A stretch of DNA of 64,000 nt from an uncultured Phycisphaerales bacterium (GCA_963972125.1 CAXAUD010000014.1:3896-67895), one strand, 5' to 3'; positions 1 to 8,887 are shown, numbered from the stretch's first letter. Notes: a model not told the origin generated them from the sequence alone. Translations and numbers: made by a program.

Positions 1-29
1 CGGACACTGATGGAAGTACGGGCAAGGCG

Positions 30-1214
30 ATGGAGATGCCGCGCGTTGGGGACGAGGCGATGCAGGAGCGTCCGCAGGGCGTGGATGTGTTGATCGCGTT
101 CTCTCCGGTGAATGCGGAGGGCGGGGTCGGGATCGGCACGAGCGTGACGCGGTTCGACGCTGAGGGGAACGGCGATGACATCGGTCACTACGCGATGGGT
201 GTGGCGTGCTTGCCTACATATGCGAGTGAGCAGTATGAGCTTCGGATTGATCGGTTGGCGGCACGGAGCGATGTGTTGCCGGCGTCAGGTCCGATCGAGG
301 TGATCGTGGATCAGGTGGACGCGGAAGGTGCGACGCTGTGGTCGGATCGGTTTGTGGTGGAGCTGCCCGAGCGTGATGCGGAGAAGGCGGTGATCGATGC
401 GGCGATGCCGGAGTGTCCGGAGGATGGCGTGCGTGTGATGAGCGCGAATGTGCTGTTCTCGTCGCCGCTGACGGAGCCGATGGCGTTCAAGCGGGTGTTC
501 GATGCGATCGGGCCCGATGTGATCCTGTATCAGGAGTGGTTCCGCACGGAGCGAGCGAAGGTTGAGGGATGGGTTGAGCAGTACGCTGGGTCGGATTGGG
601 CCCTGCATTTCCCGGATGAGCGTTCGGGGGTGGCGATCGCGACGCGGCATCCGATCCTGGCGCGGTATGACGAGGCGCTGCCGCCTTCGGGTGCCGGTCG
701 TCCGGCGCGGGCGTGCGCGGCGCTGATCGATACGGACGCGGGCGAGCTGCTGGCGATCAGCGTGCACCTCAAGTGTTGCGGCTCGGCCGGTTCGGAAGAG
801 GATCTGACGCGGATCGATCAGGCGAAGGCGATCAACGCGTTCGTGGATCATGTGCACGCGCAGCACCCGGACGCGATGGTGATCATCGGCGGGGATTACA
901 ACCTCGTTGGTTCGCGGACGCCGCTGGATGTGATGGCGCGGGGACTCGGTGTGAACGGCGATGACTTGGAACCGGCGCTGACACCGGTGCTTGGTGATCC
1001 GTCCGTCGTGACCTGGGTGGATGAGAAGAGCCGGTTCGGGCCGGGGCGGTTGGATTGGCTGTTGTATGACGATTCGCGGAGCGAGTTGGCCAATGCGCTC
1101 ATGCTTGATACACGCGTGCTGACCGACGGATCGCTGGAGGCGATGGGTTTGGATCGCGGGGATACGACGGCTTCGGATCATCTGCCGATGGTTGTGGATC
1201 TGGTGCGGCCGTAG
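30..1214 (+). CDS. endonuclease/exonuclease/phosphatase (EEP) family protein
   Basis: 394-aa ORF with EEP-like motifs (VMSANVLF, DVILYQEW, GGDYN, C-terminal SDHLPMVVDL). The antisense ORF 285..1238 is Arg/His/Pro-rich and looks like a shadow. Confidence 0.75.
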   Translation: MEMPRVGDEAMQERPQGVDVLIAFSPVNAEGGVGIGTSVTRFDAEGNGDDIGHYAMGVACLPTYASEQYELRIDRLAARSDVLPASGPIEVIVDQVDAEGATLWSDRFVVELPERDAEKAVIDAAMPECPEDGVRVMSANVLFSSPLTEPMAFKRVFDAIGPDVILYQEWFRTERAKVEGWVEQYAGSDWALHFPDERSGVAIATRHPILARYDEALPPSGAGRPARACAALIDTDAGELLAISVHLKCCGSAGSEEDLTRIDQAKAINAFVDHVHAQHPDAMVIIGGDYNLVGSRTPLDVMARGLGVNGDDLEPALTPVLGDPSVVTWVDEKSRFGPGRLDWLLYDDSRSELANALMLDTRVLTDGSLEAMGLDRGDTTASDHLPMVVDLVRP

Positions 1215-1445
1215 GCAGACGGCCGCGAGTATGGGCAACCCGGGCGTTGATGGTACGCGGTGATGTCATTTGCACAACTTATGAGCACTGATGCGCGGCT
1301 TCGCGTTGAGTAGTGGCACCCAGAGGAGCAGGTTGTTGGTTGATGTCCGTTCCTGCTTTGTCCGCTTTGCGGATCAAAGCAGGGCACCCGGTACACATGG
1401 TGTTTGAGTGGCCGCCTCCCCCGCTGTTGCGTGGGCGGAGGGCGA

Positions 1446-2210
1446 TCATTCCTCTTCGTCGAAGCCGTTGGGGATGCGGGTGACGGCGGCTTCGGGTTTC
1501 ATGAGTGTGTCGCCATCGCCGTTGATTTCGGTGAGTCCCAGCCCGTGGAGGGCGTTGAGTGCGGCCTGCTGTTCGGCGGCTTTTTTCGACTTGCCCCAGC
1601 ACGGTTCGTAGCGGACGCCGTCGAGTTCGACGGCGATAAAGAATGCTTTGGCGTGGTCGGGGCCTTTCTCGTCGAGGATGCGGTAGTTGGGCGATGTGCT
1701 CAGGGTGCGCTGTGCGTGTTGCTGGAGCACGCTTTTGAAGTTGTGCTGGTGTCCGGAGCGGACCGCGTCGTCGAGCAATGGGTCGAGGAGTGGTTCGAGG
1801 AAGTCGCGGACGGCCTGCATGCCGCCGTCGATGTAGAGTGCGGCGATGATGGACTCGAGGACTGCGGCTGCAAGCGACTGGGGGAGCTTGGATTGGGTCT
1901 GCATTCCTTTGCCGACGACGATGAGTTCATCGAGTCCGAGTTCGATGGCGATTTTGGCACAGACATTGCGAGATACGGCGAGGGATTTGACCTTGGTCAT
2001 CTCGCCTTCGAGATAGGTAGGGAATCGATTGAAGATTCGTTCGCAGACGATCATGCCGAGTATGGCGTCGCCGAGGAACTCGAGGCGCTCATTTGAATCG
2101 AGTCTGGACTCGGAGATTGATGCGTGACGGAGTGCGAGATCGAGGAGTTCGGCATCGTTGAACGAATACCCGAGTATCTCCTGGGCTTTGCGGCGGATTT
2201 CTTCGGTCAT
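1446..2210 (-). CDS. rnc: ribonuclease III
   Basis: 254 aa with the RNase III signature ERLEFLGDAILG and a C-terminal dsRNA-binding region (GPDHAKAF...SKKAAEQQAA). Confidence 0.93.
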   Translation of the reverse strand: MTEEIRRKAQEILGYSFNDAELLDLALRHASISESRLDSNERLEFLGDAILGMIVCERIFNRFPTYLEGEMTKVKSLAVSRNVCAKIAIELGLDELIVVGKGMQTQSKLPQSLAAAVLESIIAALYIDGGMQAVRDFLEPLLDPLLDDAVRSGHQHNFKSVLQQHAQRTLSTSPNYRILDEKGPDHAKAFFIAVELDGVRYEPCWGKSKKAAEQQAALNALHGLGLTEINGDGDTLMKPEAAVTRIPNGFDEEE

Positions 2211-2565
2211 CTACGAACACCAGCGGCGCTGATCGTGCAGCATGATCGGCGCGAGCCCAGCGATGGACGGTGGGCGGTGAGATTGAACTCGCTGGTGCGG
2301 GGTTGGCCTTTCGCGGACCGTTATTTGGGGTTTACCTGAGTAAACACCGAACAAAGGGCCGAGAGTGGAGTCTGCGCGGCTCGTTGCACCAGCACGACAT
2401 GGATACTATCCGGGATGTGTGATGGTTTGTCCAATGAATTCTGTCTGCTGGTTGCGGTTTGAATTGGACGAGGGGTGGGAGAACGGCTAGAGTGTCCGCC
2501 CTGAACTTTGGGCGAGATGGTCTGGGTGTAGACGCTTGGGCCTTGATTGATAGGAGATTACAGAC

Positions 2566-2706
2566 ATGGCTATGCACTACCCCCGCCGCACGAGCAATGT
2601 GAAGCGCCGCCGGACTGTTGGTTTCCGCGCTCGCATGAAGACCAAGAGCGGTCGCAAGATTATCAACAAGCGCCGTCGCATCGGCCGCAAGGTGAACTCG
2701 CTCTGA
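2566..2706 (+). CDS. rpmH: 50S ribosomal protein L34
   Basis: 46-aa ORF absent from the track because it is under 60 aa: [46 protein letters not shown]. It has the L34 core HGFRARM-like motif (VGFRARM...G(R/K)...RRR.KGR) and an intrinsic terminator follows. Confidence 0.9.
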   Translation: MAMHYPRRTSNVKRRRTVGFRARMKTKSGRKIINKRRRIGRKVNSL

Positions 2707-2732
2707 GTCGCTGAGACAACTTCGATCTAATA

Positions 2733-2761
2733 AAGCACAGGCATTTTGCTTGTGCTTTTTT
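2733..2761 (+). terminator. intrinsic terminator after rpmH
   Basis: Stem AAGCACA / TGTGCTT followed by a T-run. Confidence 0.6.
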
Positions 2762-2821
2762 CGTGGATGTGCGAGGATCTGTGGGTGCGCATAAGTTGTG
2801 TATAACTGAAAGGGGAGACTG

Positions 2822-3382
2822 ATGAAGTGGATGATTCCAGCCGCGGGTGTGTTCGCGGCCAGTAGCTTGGCCCAGGCGGAACTGGTGCACTGGAGCGATC
2901 TCGTCGGGCAAGAGACGGTCTTTGACGCGAGCGGGCGGGCCTTGCTGTCGATCGATATCTCCGGCATGGCGAGCTGGGATTTCCAGGGCGATCCGGACAA
3001 CGAGGTCGCGGAGCTGTTCACGGGCGGGGCGGTGCCACTGCGGATCGAGTGGGATGTGTATATCACAACGGTCGGGGTGAGCTGGGCAGACGAGGTGACG
3101 ATGGGGATCGCCGATGAGGGGCTCGAGATCATGCCCGGGGCGGGCGACGCATTCTCGGTGAACAACATGAACTATCAGGGCTCGGTCAGTGGCGACTTCG
3201 TCGGCTCGTTCGACGGGGTGCTGGAGATCGAGTTCTACGAGACTGGCTTTGACGACAACGCGGACGCGATCGACGCGTACTTTGAGAGCGGGTCGCGCAT
3301 CACGCTGATCTTCCCCGCTCCGGGGGGGCTGGCGGTGCTGGGGTTTGGCGGGTTGATTGGCATTCGGCGGCGGCGTGTGTGA
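2822..3382 (+). CDS. small secreted PEP-CTERM-anchored protein, paralog 1
   Basis: 186 aa. It has a signal peptide (MKWMIPAAGVFAASSLAQA), a conserved core shared with the next three genes, and a C-terminal PAPGGLAVLGFGGLIGIRRRR sorting signal. GGGGAG lies upstream of the ATG. Confidence 0.85.
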   Translation: MKWMIPAAGVFAASSLAQAELVHWSDLVGQETVFDASGRALLSIDISGMASWDFQGDPDNEVAELFTGGAVPLRIEWDVYITTVGVSWADEVTMGIADEGLEIMPGAGDAFSVNNMNYQGSVSGDFVGSFDGVLEIEFYETGFDDNADAIDAYFESGSRITLIFPAPGGLAVLGFGGLIGIRRRRV

Positions 3383-3431
3383 TCGCGCAACGCGAGATTA
3401 TGTATTTACAACAATGAGAAGGAGATGGGTG

Positions 3432-4010
3432 ATGAAGAAGTTGATTCCAGCGATGGGTGTGATGTCGGTATGTGGGCTGGCGCAGGCGGAGGTTGTGCAC
3501 TGGTCGCAGCTGATCGGGGCTCAGGCGGATGCATCTCAGAGTCCGCTTTGGGGCGGTCTGACGATCGATATTTCGGGTTTGAGCTCGAATGACTTCCAGG
3601 GTGACCCGGATAATCATGTGCTGAGCGTGTTTTACGGGGCTGGTGCGTCGATCACTTCGATCGGCTGGAATGTGAACCTGACGACGGTCGGGATCAGCTG
3701 GGCGGACGAGGCGACGATCACTTTCAATGACTCGTTCTCGATCAGCCCCGGTTTCGGTGATGCGTTCACGGTCTCGAACATGAACTATCAGGGGTCCACA
3801 TCCTCATCTTTGATGCTTGGTAGTGATGGGCTGGTGCAGATCGAGCTGCATGAGATCGGGTTCGATGACAATCCGGATGGGCCTGACGCGATCTATGAGG
3901 CGGGTTCGTACATCGTGATTGGTAACGCCCTTCCGAGCCCGGGAACTATTATATATCTTGGACTTGCAGGATTGATCGGTACTCGTCGGGCCCGAGCGGG
4001 TCGCTCTTGA
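3432..4010 (+). CDS. small secreted PEP-CTERM-anchored protein, paralog 2
   Basis: Start moved to the ATG at 3432 (MKKLIPAMG..., AAGGAG upstream). It has a signal peptide, the same core motifs and C-terminal PSPG...GLAGLIGTRRAR. Confidence 0.85.
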   Translation: MKKLIPAMGVMSVCGLAQAEVVHWSQLIGAQADASQSPLWGGLTIDISGLSSNDFQGDPDNHVLSVFYGAGASITSIGWNVNLTTVGISWADEATITFNDSFSISPGFGDAFTVSNMNYQGSTSSSLMLGSDGLVQIELHEIGFDDNPDGPDAIYEAGSYIVIGNALPSPGTIIYLGLAGLIGTRRARAGRS

Positions 4011-4040
4011 CGATGGGATATCGGGTGTACGAAATGTCCG

Positions 4041-4066
4041 AAAACGCCCGTCTGAAGGGCGTTTTT
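4041..4066 (+). terminator. intrinsic terminator after paralog 2
   Basis: AAAACGCCC gtctgaa GGGCGTTTTT. Confidence 0.75.
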
Positions 4067-4138
4067 CTTGATTATCGGTCCTAAATCTCGGAATTTGGTG
4101 TTTGCTGATGAATCTATCGAATTTCGTGGCTCGGTGTA

Positions 4139-4166
4139 TTGACAGATGACTGAAAATCACTACGCT
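4139..4166 (+). promoter_or_regulatory. putative sigma70-like promoter of paralog 3
   Basis: TTGACA-N16-TACGCT. It is nearly identical in layout to the element at 5280..5307. Confidence 0.4.
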
Positions 4167-4413
4167 AGAGCTTGATCATCCGGGGTTTCTCCTACGGGTG
4201 TTCTGTGTCGATCAGACATACGAGGCGATTCGGCGTGAGAAACCGTTCGTCTTTGAGTGAGAGCAGGGAGAGAAAGAGACCCTGATCAATCTCGATGTGT
4301 TCGACGAAAAATGCCATATCCGGCATGGGTGCCGGTTTGTCTATGGAATGTCTTGGTGCGGCGTGTGGTGCGTCGGCCAATCTCGAGTTTGTCAAACGAA
4401 AGAGAGAAGAGAA

Positions 4414-5001
4414 ATGAAAGCAATCGCACTGACCACTCTGGCAGCAGCAGCTGGCCTCGCAACTGCAAGCCCGTACCTCGCGACTGGCCTCAGCGAGTAC
4501 AGCGTGAACAACGCTGGTGCAGCAACTGCAACCCTGACCATTGATGTTTCGGGTGTCAGCTTCAACGACGCACTGGGTTCACCCCTCAACCAGACCATGA
4601 GCATCGCTCTCGGTCTCGGCGCAGAAGTGACCGGCATCGGCTGGGACGTTACCCTCTCCACCATCGGTGCGAGCTGGGCTTCGGAAGCATCCATCGACTT
4701 CGAAGGTCAGATCTTCCTGTCCGTCGGTGCTGGTGATGACTTCTCCGTCTCGAACCAGAACTACTCCTCCGGTGGCATCATCGACCTGAGCGACGACGTC
4801 TCCCTTCCCAACATCACCCTCGGTGGTGACGGTAACCTCGACATGGAGTTCTTCGAAGGCTTCGTCGACAACGGCGGTACCGGTGATGCAGTCTTCGAGC
4901 AGGGCTCGGTCCTCTACCTTGCAGTCAAGGGTGTTCCTACTCCTGGCTCGCTCGCAGTACTCGGCCTCGGCGGTCTCGTCGCTGGTCGTCGCCGTCGCTA
5001 A
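4414..5001 (+). CDS. small secreted PEP-CTERM-anchored protein, paralog 3
   Basis: Start at the ATG at 4414 (MKAIALTTLAAAAGLATA). It has the core motifs (IDVSG, GIGWDVTLSTIGASWASE, DDFSVSNQNY) and C-terminal PTPGSLAVLGLGGLVAGRRRR. Confidence 0.85.
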   Translation: MKAIALTTLAAAAGLATASPYLATGLSEYSVNNAGAATATLTIDVSGVSFNDALGSPLNQTMSIALGLGAEVTGIGWDVTLSTIGASWASEASIDFEGQIFLSVGAGDDFSVSNQNYSSGGIIDLSDDVSLPNITLGGDGNLDMEFFEGFVDNGGTGDAVFEQGSVLYLAVKGVPTPGSLAVLGLGGLVAGRRRR

Positions 5002-5097
5002 TCCTTCGGGATTGACAGCAGATATCATCTGAGCTTGAACTCCTGACCCCCCAGTGGCATTGTTTGCCAGTCGAGCTCAAAGATGATCACAAATACG

Positions 5098-5131
5098 GAC
5101 GCCTCGGGATTACTCCCGGGGCGTCTTTTTT
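5098..5131 (+). terminator. intrinsic terminator after paralog 3
   Basis: GACGCCTCGGG attact CCCGGGGCGTC followed by TTTTTT. Confidence 0.75.
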
Positions 5132-5279
5132 CGTCTGTAGATTCGCTGTTTTTGCATGCCCAGAGGGCTCAGGGACTGATTTCGCTGGGTGGGAGGATTC
5201 GAGGAGTTCCGGCGCAGAATGCCTATCTTCGCAAATAACTGTTTTGAAAAGAATTACTTCCGAATTGCGATTGCGGGTG

Positions 5280-5307
5280 TTGACTGATCTTTTGTATGCA
5301 GTACACT
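5280..5307 (+). promoter_or_regulatory. putative sigma70-like promoter of paralog 4
   Basis: TTGACT-N16-TACACT, the same architecture as 4139..4166. Confidence 0.4.
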
Positions 5308-5515
5308 CAGTCTCGTTGGGGACCTCTCCGACAGAAGAGAGCAGAGAGAAGGGTTGGCAACTCGTTCAGAGCGGCCTAAAGCGTTTCTTGGGTAAGAAGC
5401 GTCAAACACACTCAGATCAACGCGATTTTCTGTCAAAGGGAAACCCTCAATTTGGGTTACCTTGTTGGCGTGCGGAGCGTCAACAAACACTGAGTTTAAG
5501 AAAGAGAGAACTAAA

Positions 5516-6016
5516 ATGAAGAAGACTATCGCACTTGCAGCAGTCGCAGCACTCGCAGGCACCGCAGTCGCTGGCAACAGCATTACTATCGACGTTTCCG
5601 GCGTGAACTCCTGGGGCTTCCAGGGTGATCCCCAGAACGAGTTCATCGACGTCTTCGTCGGTGCTGGTGCTTCGATCACCAACATCGCTTGGGATGTGAA
5701 CCTCACCACTCTCGGAATCAGCTGGGCTGACGAAAACACCATGACCTTCAATGGTGCTGAGTCCGTCAATGTTGCTCTCGGTGACGCATTCACCGTTTCG
5801 AACGCAAACTACGCTGGCTCGCAGGGCTCCGGTCTCGTCCTTGACGCTTCCGGCATGCTCTCCATCGAAGTCCACGAAGTTGGTTTCGACGACAACCCCG
5901 GTGACATCGACTCGTTCTTCAACAGCGGTACCGTCACCATCTCCTACGTCCCCGCACCCGGCGCTCTCGCAGTGCTCGGTATGGGTGGCCTGGTTGCAGG
6001 TCGTCGTCGCCGCTAA
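5516..6016 (+). CDS. small secreted PEP-CTERM-anchored protein, paralog 4
   Basis: Start at the ATG at 5516 (MKKTIALAAVAALAGTAVA). It has the core motifs (IDVSGVNSWGFQGDPQNE, IAWDVNLTTLGISWADE, GDAFTVSNANY, GFDDNPG) and C-terminal PAPGALAVLGMGGLVAGRRRR. Confidence 0.88.
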   Translation: MKKTIALAAVAALAGTAVAGNSITIDVSGVNSWGFQGDPQNEFIDVFVGAGASITNIAWDVNLTTLGISWADENTMTFNGAESVNVALGDAFTVSNANYAGSQGSGLVLDASGMLSIEVHEVGFDDNPGDIDSFFNSGTVTISYVPAPGALAVLGMGGLVAGRRRR

Positions 6017-6078
6017 TCGCTGCGAAACGACCGGTATGATCTGCTCGATCTGATCGAGTATGAATCAACCAAACCATC

Positions 6079-6115
6079 AAGACCCCTCGGGTTCGCCCGG
6101 GGGGTCTTCGTTTTT
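6079..6115 (+). terminator. intrinsic terminator after paralog 4
   Basis: AAGACCCCTCGGG ttcg CCCGGGGGGTCTT followed by cgTTTTT. Confidence 0.7.
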
Positions 6116-6150
6116 GGATGGTACAGGTGTGCAGCTGAAGCGCAGCATAT

Positions 6151-6180
6151 AAAAAACGCCTCGGATGACCGGGGCGTTTT
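6151..6180 (-). terminator. intrinsic terminator after nuoB (minus strand)
   Basis: On the minus strand this reads AAAACGCCCCGG tcat CCGAGGCGTTTTTT, about 25 nt downstream of the nuoB stop. Confidence 0.7.
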
Positions 6181-6204
6181 GCTTGTGTGGTTGCGGCTGT
6201 GGGC

Positions 6205-6777
6205 TCAGTTCGTCGAGTTGAGCCCGACGGGCTGTGGCTTGAGGGCATGGGTGGGCGCCTGGACGGTGATGCCCAGGGGGACACGCTTGCCGCCGGAGTC
6301 GGTTGGAGGCATGCCCTCTTCATCGATGTGGCGCTGGATGGCCATGACGCCTTCGATGAGCATCTCGGGTCGGGGTGGGCAGCCGGGGACATAGACATCG
6401 ACGGGGATGAACTGATCGACGCCCTGGACGGTAGCGTATGTGTCGAAGACGCCGCCGGTTGAGGCGCAGGCCCCCATGGAGATGACCCACTTGGGCTCTG
6501 GCATCTGCTCGTAGATGCGCTGAAGGACGGGGAGCATCTTCACGCTCACACGCCCTGCGACGATCATGAGGTCCGCTTGTCGCGGGGAGAATCGCATGAC
6601 CTCGGCGCCGAAACGGGCGAGGTCGTAGCGTGAGGAGGCGGTGGCCATGAGTTCGATCCCGCAGCACGCGGTCGCGAAGGGCATCGGCCAGAGGCTTGAA
6701 CGGCGTGCCCAGTTCACGACACGCCGAAGCTGGGTCGTGAGGACATTGTCAGTGGTGATGGCGCCTTCGATTCCCAT
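6205..6777 (-). CDS. nuoB: NADH-quinone oxidoreductase subunit B-like (NuoB / 20 kDa) protein
   Basis: 190 aa containing [25 protein letters not shown] and PGCPPRPE, which are the four Cys of the N2-type 4Fe-4S site. A C-terminal extension of about 40 aa is present. Confidence 0.88.
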   Translation of the reverse strand: MGIEGAITTDNVLTTQLRRVVNWARRSSLWPMPFATACCGIELMATASSRYDLARFGAEVMRFSPRQADLMIVAGRVSVKMLPVLQRIYEQMPEPKWVISMGACASTGGVFDTYATVQGVDQFIPVDVYVPGCPPRPEMLIEGVMAIQRHIDEEGMPPTDSGGKRVPLGITVQAPTHALKPQPVGLNSTN

Positions 6778-6870
6778 GTGTTGCTCCGATCTGGGGTCGA
6801 TGTGCGCGCGGGATGCGCGATCTGGTCGAGTATACGCGTGTATTCGTGCGGTTGCGCGTGGTTGACGCGA

Positions 6871-7362
6871 TCAGGCGGCGGATTCGTCCGCGGAATCGCC
6901 TGTTGCGTCGAGCTCGCTCATGGAGTCGATGATGTCGGTTGGCCAGTCGGTGCTCTCGATGAGCTCGATGGCCTTCTCGTGCTCGTCGAAGCGGAAGACA
7001 CAGAGGGTGTGCGTCGAGACCTTGGAGGCGGGGACGAAGTAGCAGTAACGGACATTGATCCGGTTGTCGGCCATGAGGACGGTGAGGTCGCGGACCACGC
7101 CTGGGCGGTCCTCAACGCTGATCCCGATGACTGGTGCTTCGACGACGGGCCCCACGCCTGCGTCGACCATGGATTCGCAGACCGCACGGAGGGATTCTTC
7201 CGGGTGTCCCAGCAGGCGGGCGCATCCGCGATCGAGATGCTCGGTGGTGGATATGGAAATGATCTCCACACCTGCTGCGTGCGCGGCATCCAGCAGGCCT
7301 GCGAGTTCGCCTGGGCGTTGCTGGAGATAGATCGAAAACTCGGTCAGTTGAATGTAGTTCAT
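6871..7362 (-). CDS. ACT-domain-like small regulatory protein (hypothetical)
   Basis: 163 aa with two beta-alpha-beta-beta-alpha-beta-like halves (YLQQRPGELAGLLDAAHAAGVEII; VEDRPGVVRDLTVLMADNRINV). The call is by motif resemblance only. Confidence 0.5.
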   Translation of the reverse strand: MNYIQLTEFSIYLQQRPGELAGLLDAAHAAGVEIISISTTEHLDRGCARLLGHPEESLRAVCESMVDAGVGPVVEAPVIGISVEDRPGVVRDLTVLMADNRINVRYCYFVPASKVSTHTLCVFRFDEHEKAIELIESTDWPTDIIDSMSELDATGDSADESAA

Positions 7363-7423
7363 GGGGACGGGAAGTATAGGCAGAACCCCGGATTGGGTCG
7401 TTGAAGGTGGATCAAGGTTTGGC

Positions 7424-8887
7424 TCACGCGTCGGATGAATCGGGGGACGGATCCGCTCCCAGATCCGCGAGTGTCATTCCCGAACATGCCCCTTCCGCGG
7501 CCTTGAGCACGGCTTCCGGGAGCAGGTCGTCTGCGGCAGAAACGCGGAAGGCGTCGAGGCGATGGGCGCTCTTGAGGACATCCTCGAGCGGGATCTGATC
7601 GGCGGGTCGTGCGGGGGTCCATGCCGCGTCGCGATCGCCTTCTTCGACACGATGGATGAACCCGCCGCGATGGAGGACGGCGATCACATCGGTTGCCTGC
7701 GATGGCTTGAGGTTTTTCTGCTCGGCGACCTGATCCGCGGTGACCGGGTTGCCGGTCTGGAATCCACGCTGGATGGCATGCGCGACGCTCAGCGCGACGA
7801 GTGGATCCATGAGGGGTGCGTCTGATTCGTCGTTGGCTGAGGGGTTGAGCTTGGAGTGGACGAGGCGTTGGAAGTTCTGGAGGGCGTAGCTCGCCTGGAC
7901 GCCGAAGAGGACGATGAGCCAGGTGAGGTAGATCCAGAGGAGGAAGAGAGGGAGGATCGCGACGGAGCCGTAGAACTTGGAGTATGTGGTGGTGTAGCGA
8001 AGGTATGTGGTGAATCCGAGCTTGCCCAGTTCCCAGAGGATCGCGGCGAAGAACGCGCCGGCGAGGGCGGAGCGAAACTTGATCCGGGTGTTTGGGATGG
8101 TGGTGTAGGCACCGAGGAGCAGGAGGGTGGAGATGAGGACGGAGACGCCGTAGCCGGCCATGACGGCACCGACGAGGGAGTCCTGCCCGGCGATGGAGAC
8201 CACCCAGCGTGTGAACGCGTCTCCCGCGAGGAAGGTCGCGGCGAGCAGGAGTGAGCCCGCGGTGAGGATTGTCCAGTAGAGCATGATGCGGCGGAGCCAG
8301 GGTCTGCCTCCGGGTGCGCCGCAGAGCTGGTTGAATGACTTTTCGATCTCGATGAGCATCGACATCGCCGCATAGAGGAGGACGAGCCCCGAGGTGAGCG
8401 CGATCCACCCTGTGGGAACATTGCGTATGGAGGTGTTGACGCGGTTGATCAGGTCTGTGATGACCTGCTCGAGATCGGCGTCCGCGAAGGGGTCTGGGGT
8501 GGCATCGGTCTCCTCCTCGGCGGCCTCTTCGATGGTTTCTATGACTTCGTCGGGAGAGAGCTCTCCGGTGACGAGCTGGGAACCGGGTGCGGCGGGATCG
8601 ATCGAGGATATCTGTGAGATTCCGGCGAAGTCGAGGACTCGGCGTACACCCGACTCGACCTGATTTTCGGAGACGATGGAGCCGAAGATCAGGAGCCCGA
8701 TGGCCATGACGGGGATGATGGAGAAGATGGTCCTGAACGCGAGCGCGGCGGCCATGCGGGGGAGCTGGGACTTGTAGAGCCCGATGACGCCGATCTTGGT
8801 GACGATGAAGATGCGCTCGGCTTCCGATTTCCAATCACGGGAATCGGATGCGTTGTTCTCTTCGGTGTTGGGTGTTGGCTCGGTCAT
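7424..8887 (-). CDS. YihY/BrkB family inner-membrane protein with C-terminal soluble extension
   Basis: 487 aa with N-terminal LPRMAAALAFRTIFSIIPVMAI typical of YihY, about six TM segments and a soluble tail of about 130 aa. The antisense ORF 7359..8834 is a shadow. Confidence 0.7.
   Translation of the reverse strand: MTEPTPNTEENNASDSRDWKSEAERIFIVTKIGVIGLYKSQLPRMAAALAFRTIFSIIPVMAIGLLIFGSIVSENQVESGVRRVLDFAGISQISSIDPAAPGSQLVTGELSPDEVIETIEEAAEEETDATPDPFADADLEQVITDLINRVNTSIRNVPTGWIALTSGLVLLYAAMSMLIEIEKSFNQLCGAPGGRPWLRRIMLYWTILTAGSLLLAATFLAGDAFTRWVVSIAGQDSLVGAVMAGYGVSVLISTLLLLGAYTTIPNTRIKFRSALAGAFFAAILWELGKLGFTTYLRYTTTYSKFYGSVAILPLFLLWIYLTWLIVLFGVQASYALQNFQRLVHSKLNPSANDESDAPLMDPLVALSVAHAIQRGFQTGNPVTADQVAEQKNLKPSQATDVIAVLHRGGFIHRVEEGDRDAAWTPARPADQIPLEDVLKSAHRLDAFRVSAADDLLPEAVLKAAEGACSGMTLADLGADPSPDSSDA

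Noticed and set aside
285-1238. Long antisense ORFs throughout the window, for example 285..1238(-), 1404..2096(+), 7359..8834(-), 20299..21993(+), 22070..23167(-), 36331..37596(+), 37977..39266(+) and 44091..45758(+).
   Set aside because: They lie opposite genes with clear family motifs. They have Arg/Pro/His/Gly-dominated composition typical of shadow frames in high-GC DNA, and they lack recognisable motifs or RBS.
1352-1383. Nested hairpin CCTGCTTTG-tCCGCtttGCGGa-CAAAGCAGG between the convergent EEP and rnc genes.
   Set aside because: There is no adjacent U-tract on either strand, so I did not call it a terminator. It may still be a bidirectional stem or a protein-binding site.
4192-4395. 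A 67-aa minus-strand ORF and a 95-aa plus-strand ORF (4257..4544) inside the leader of PEP-CTERM paralog 3; similarly 5064..5519(+) in the leader of paralog 4.
   Set aside because: They have no RBS, no motifs and odd composition. The regions are better explained as conserved untranslated leaders shared by the two paralogs.
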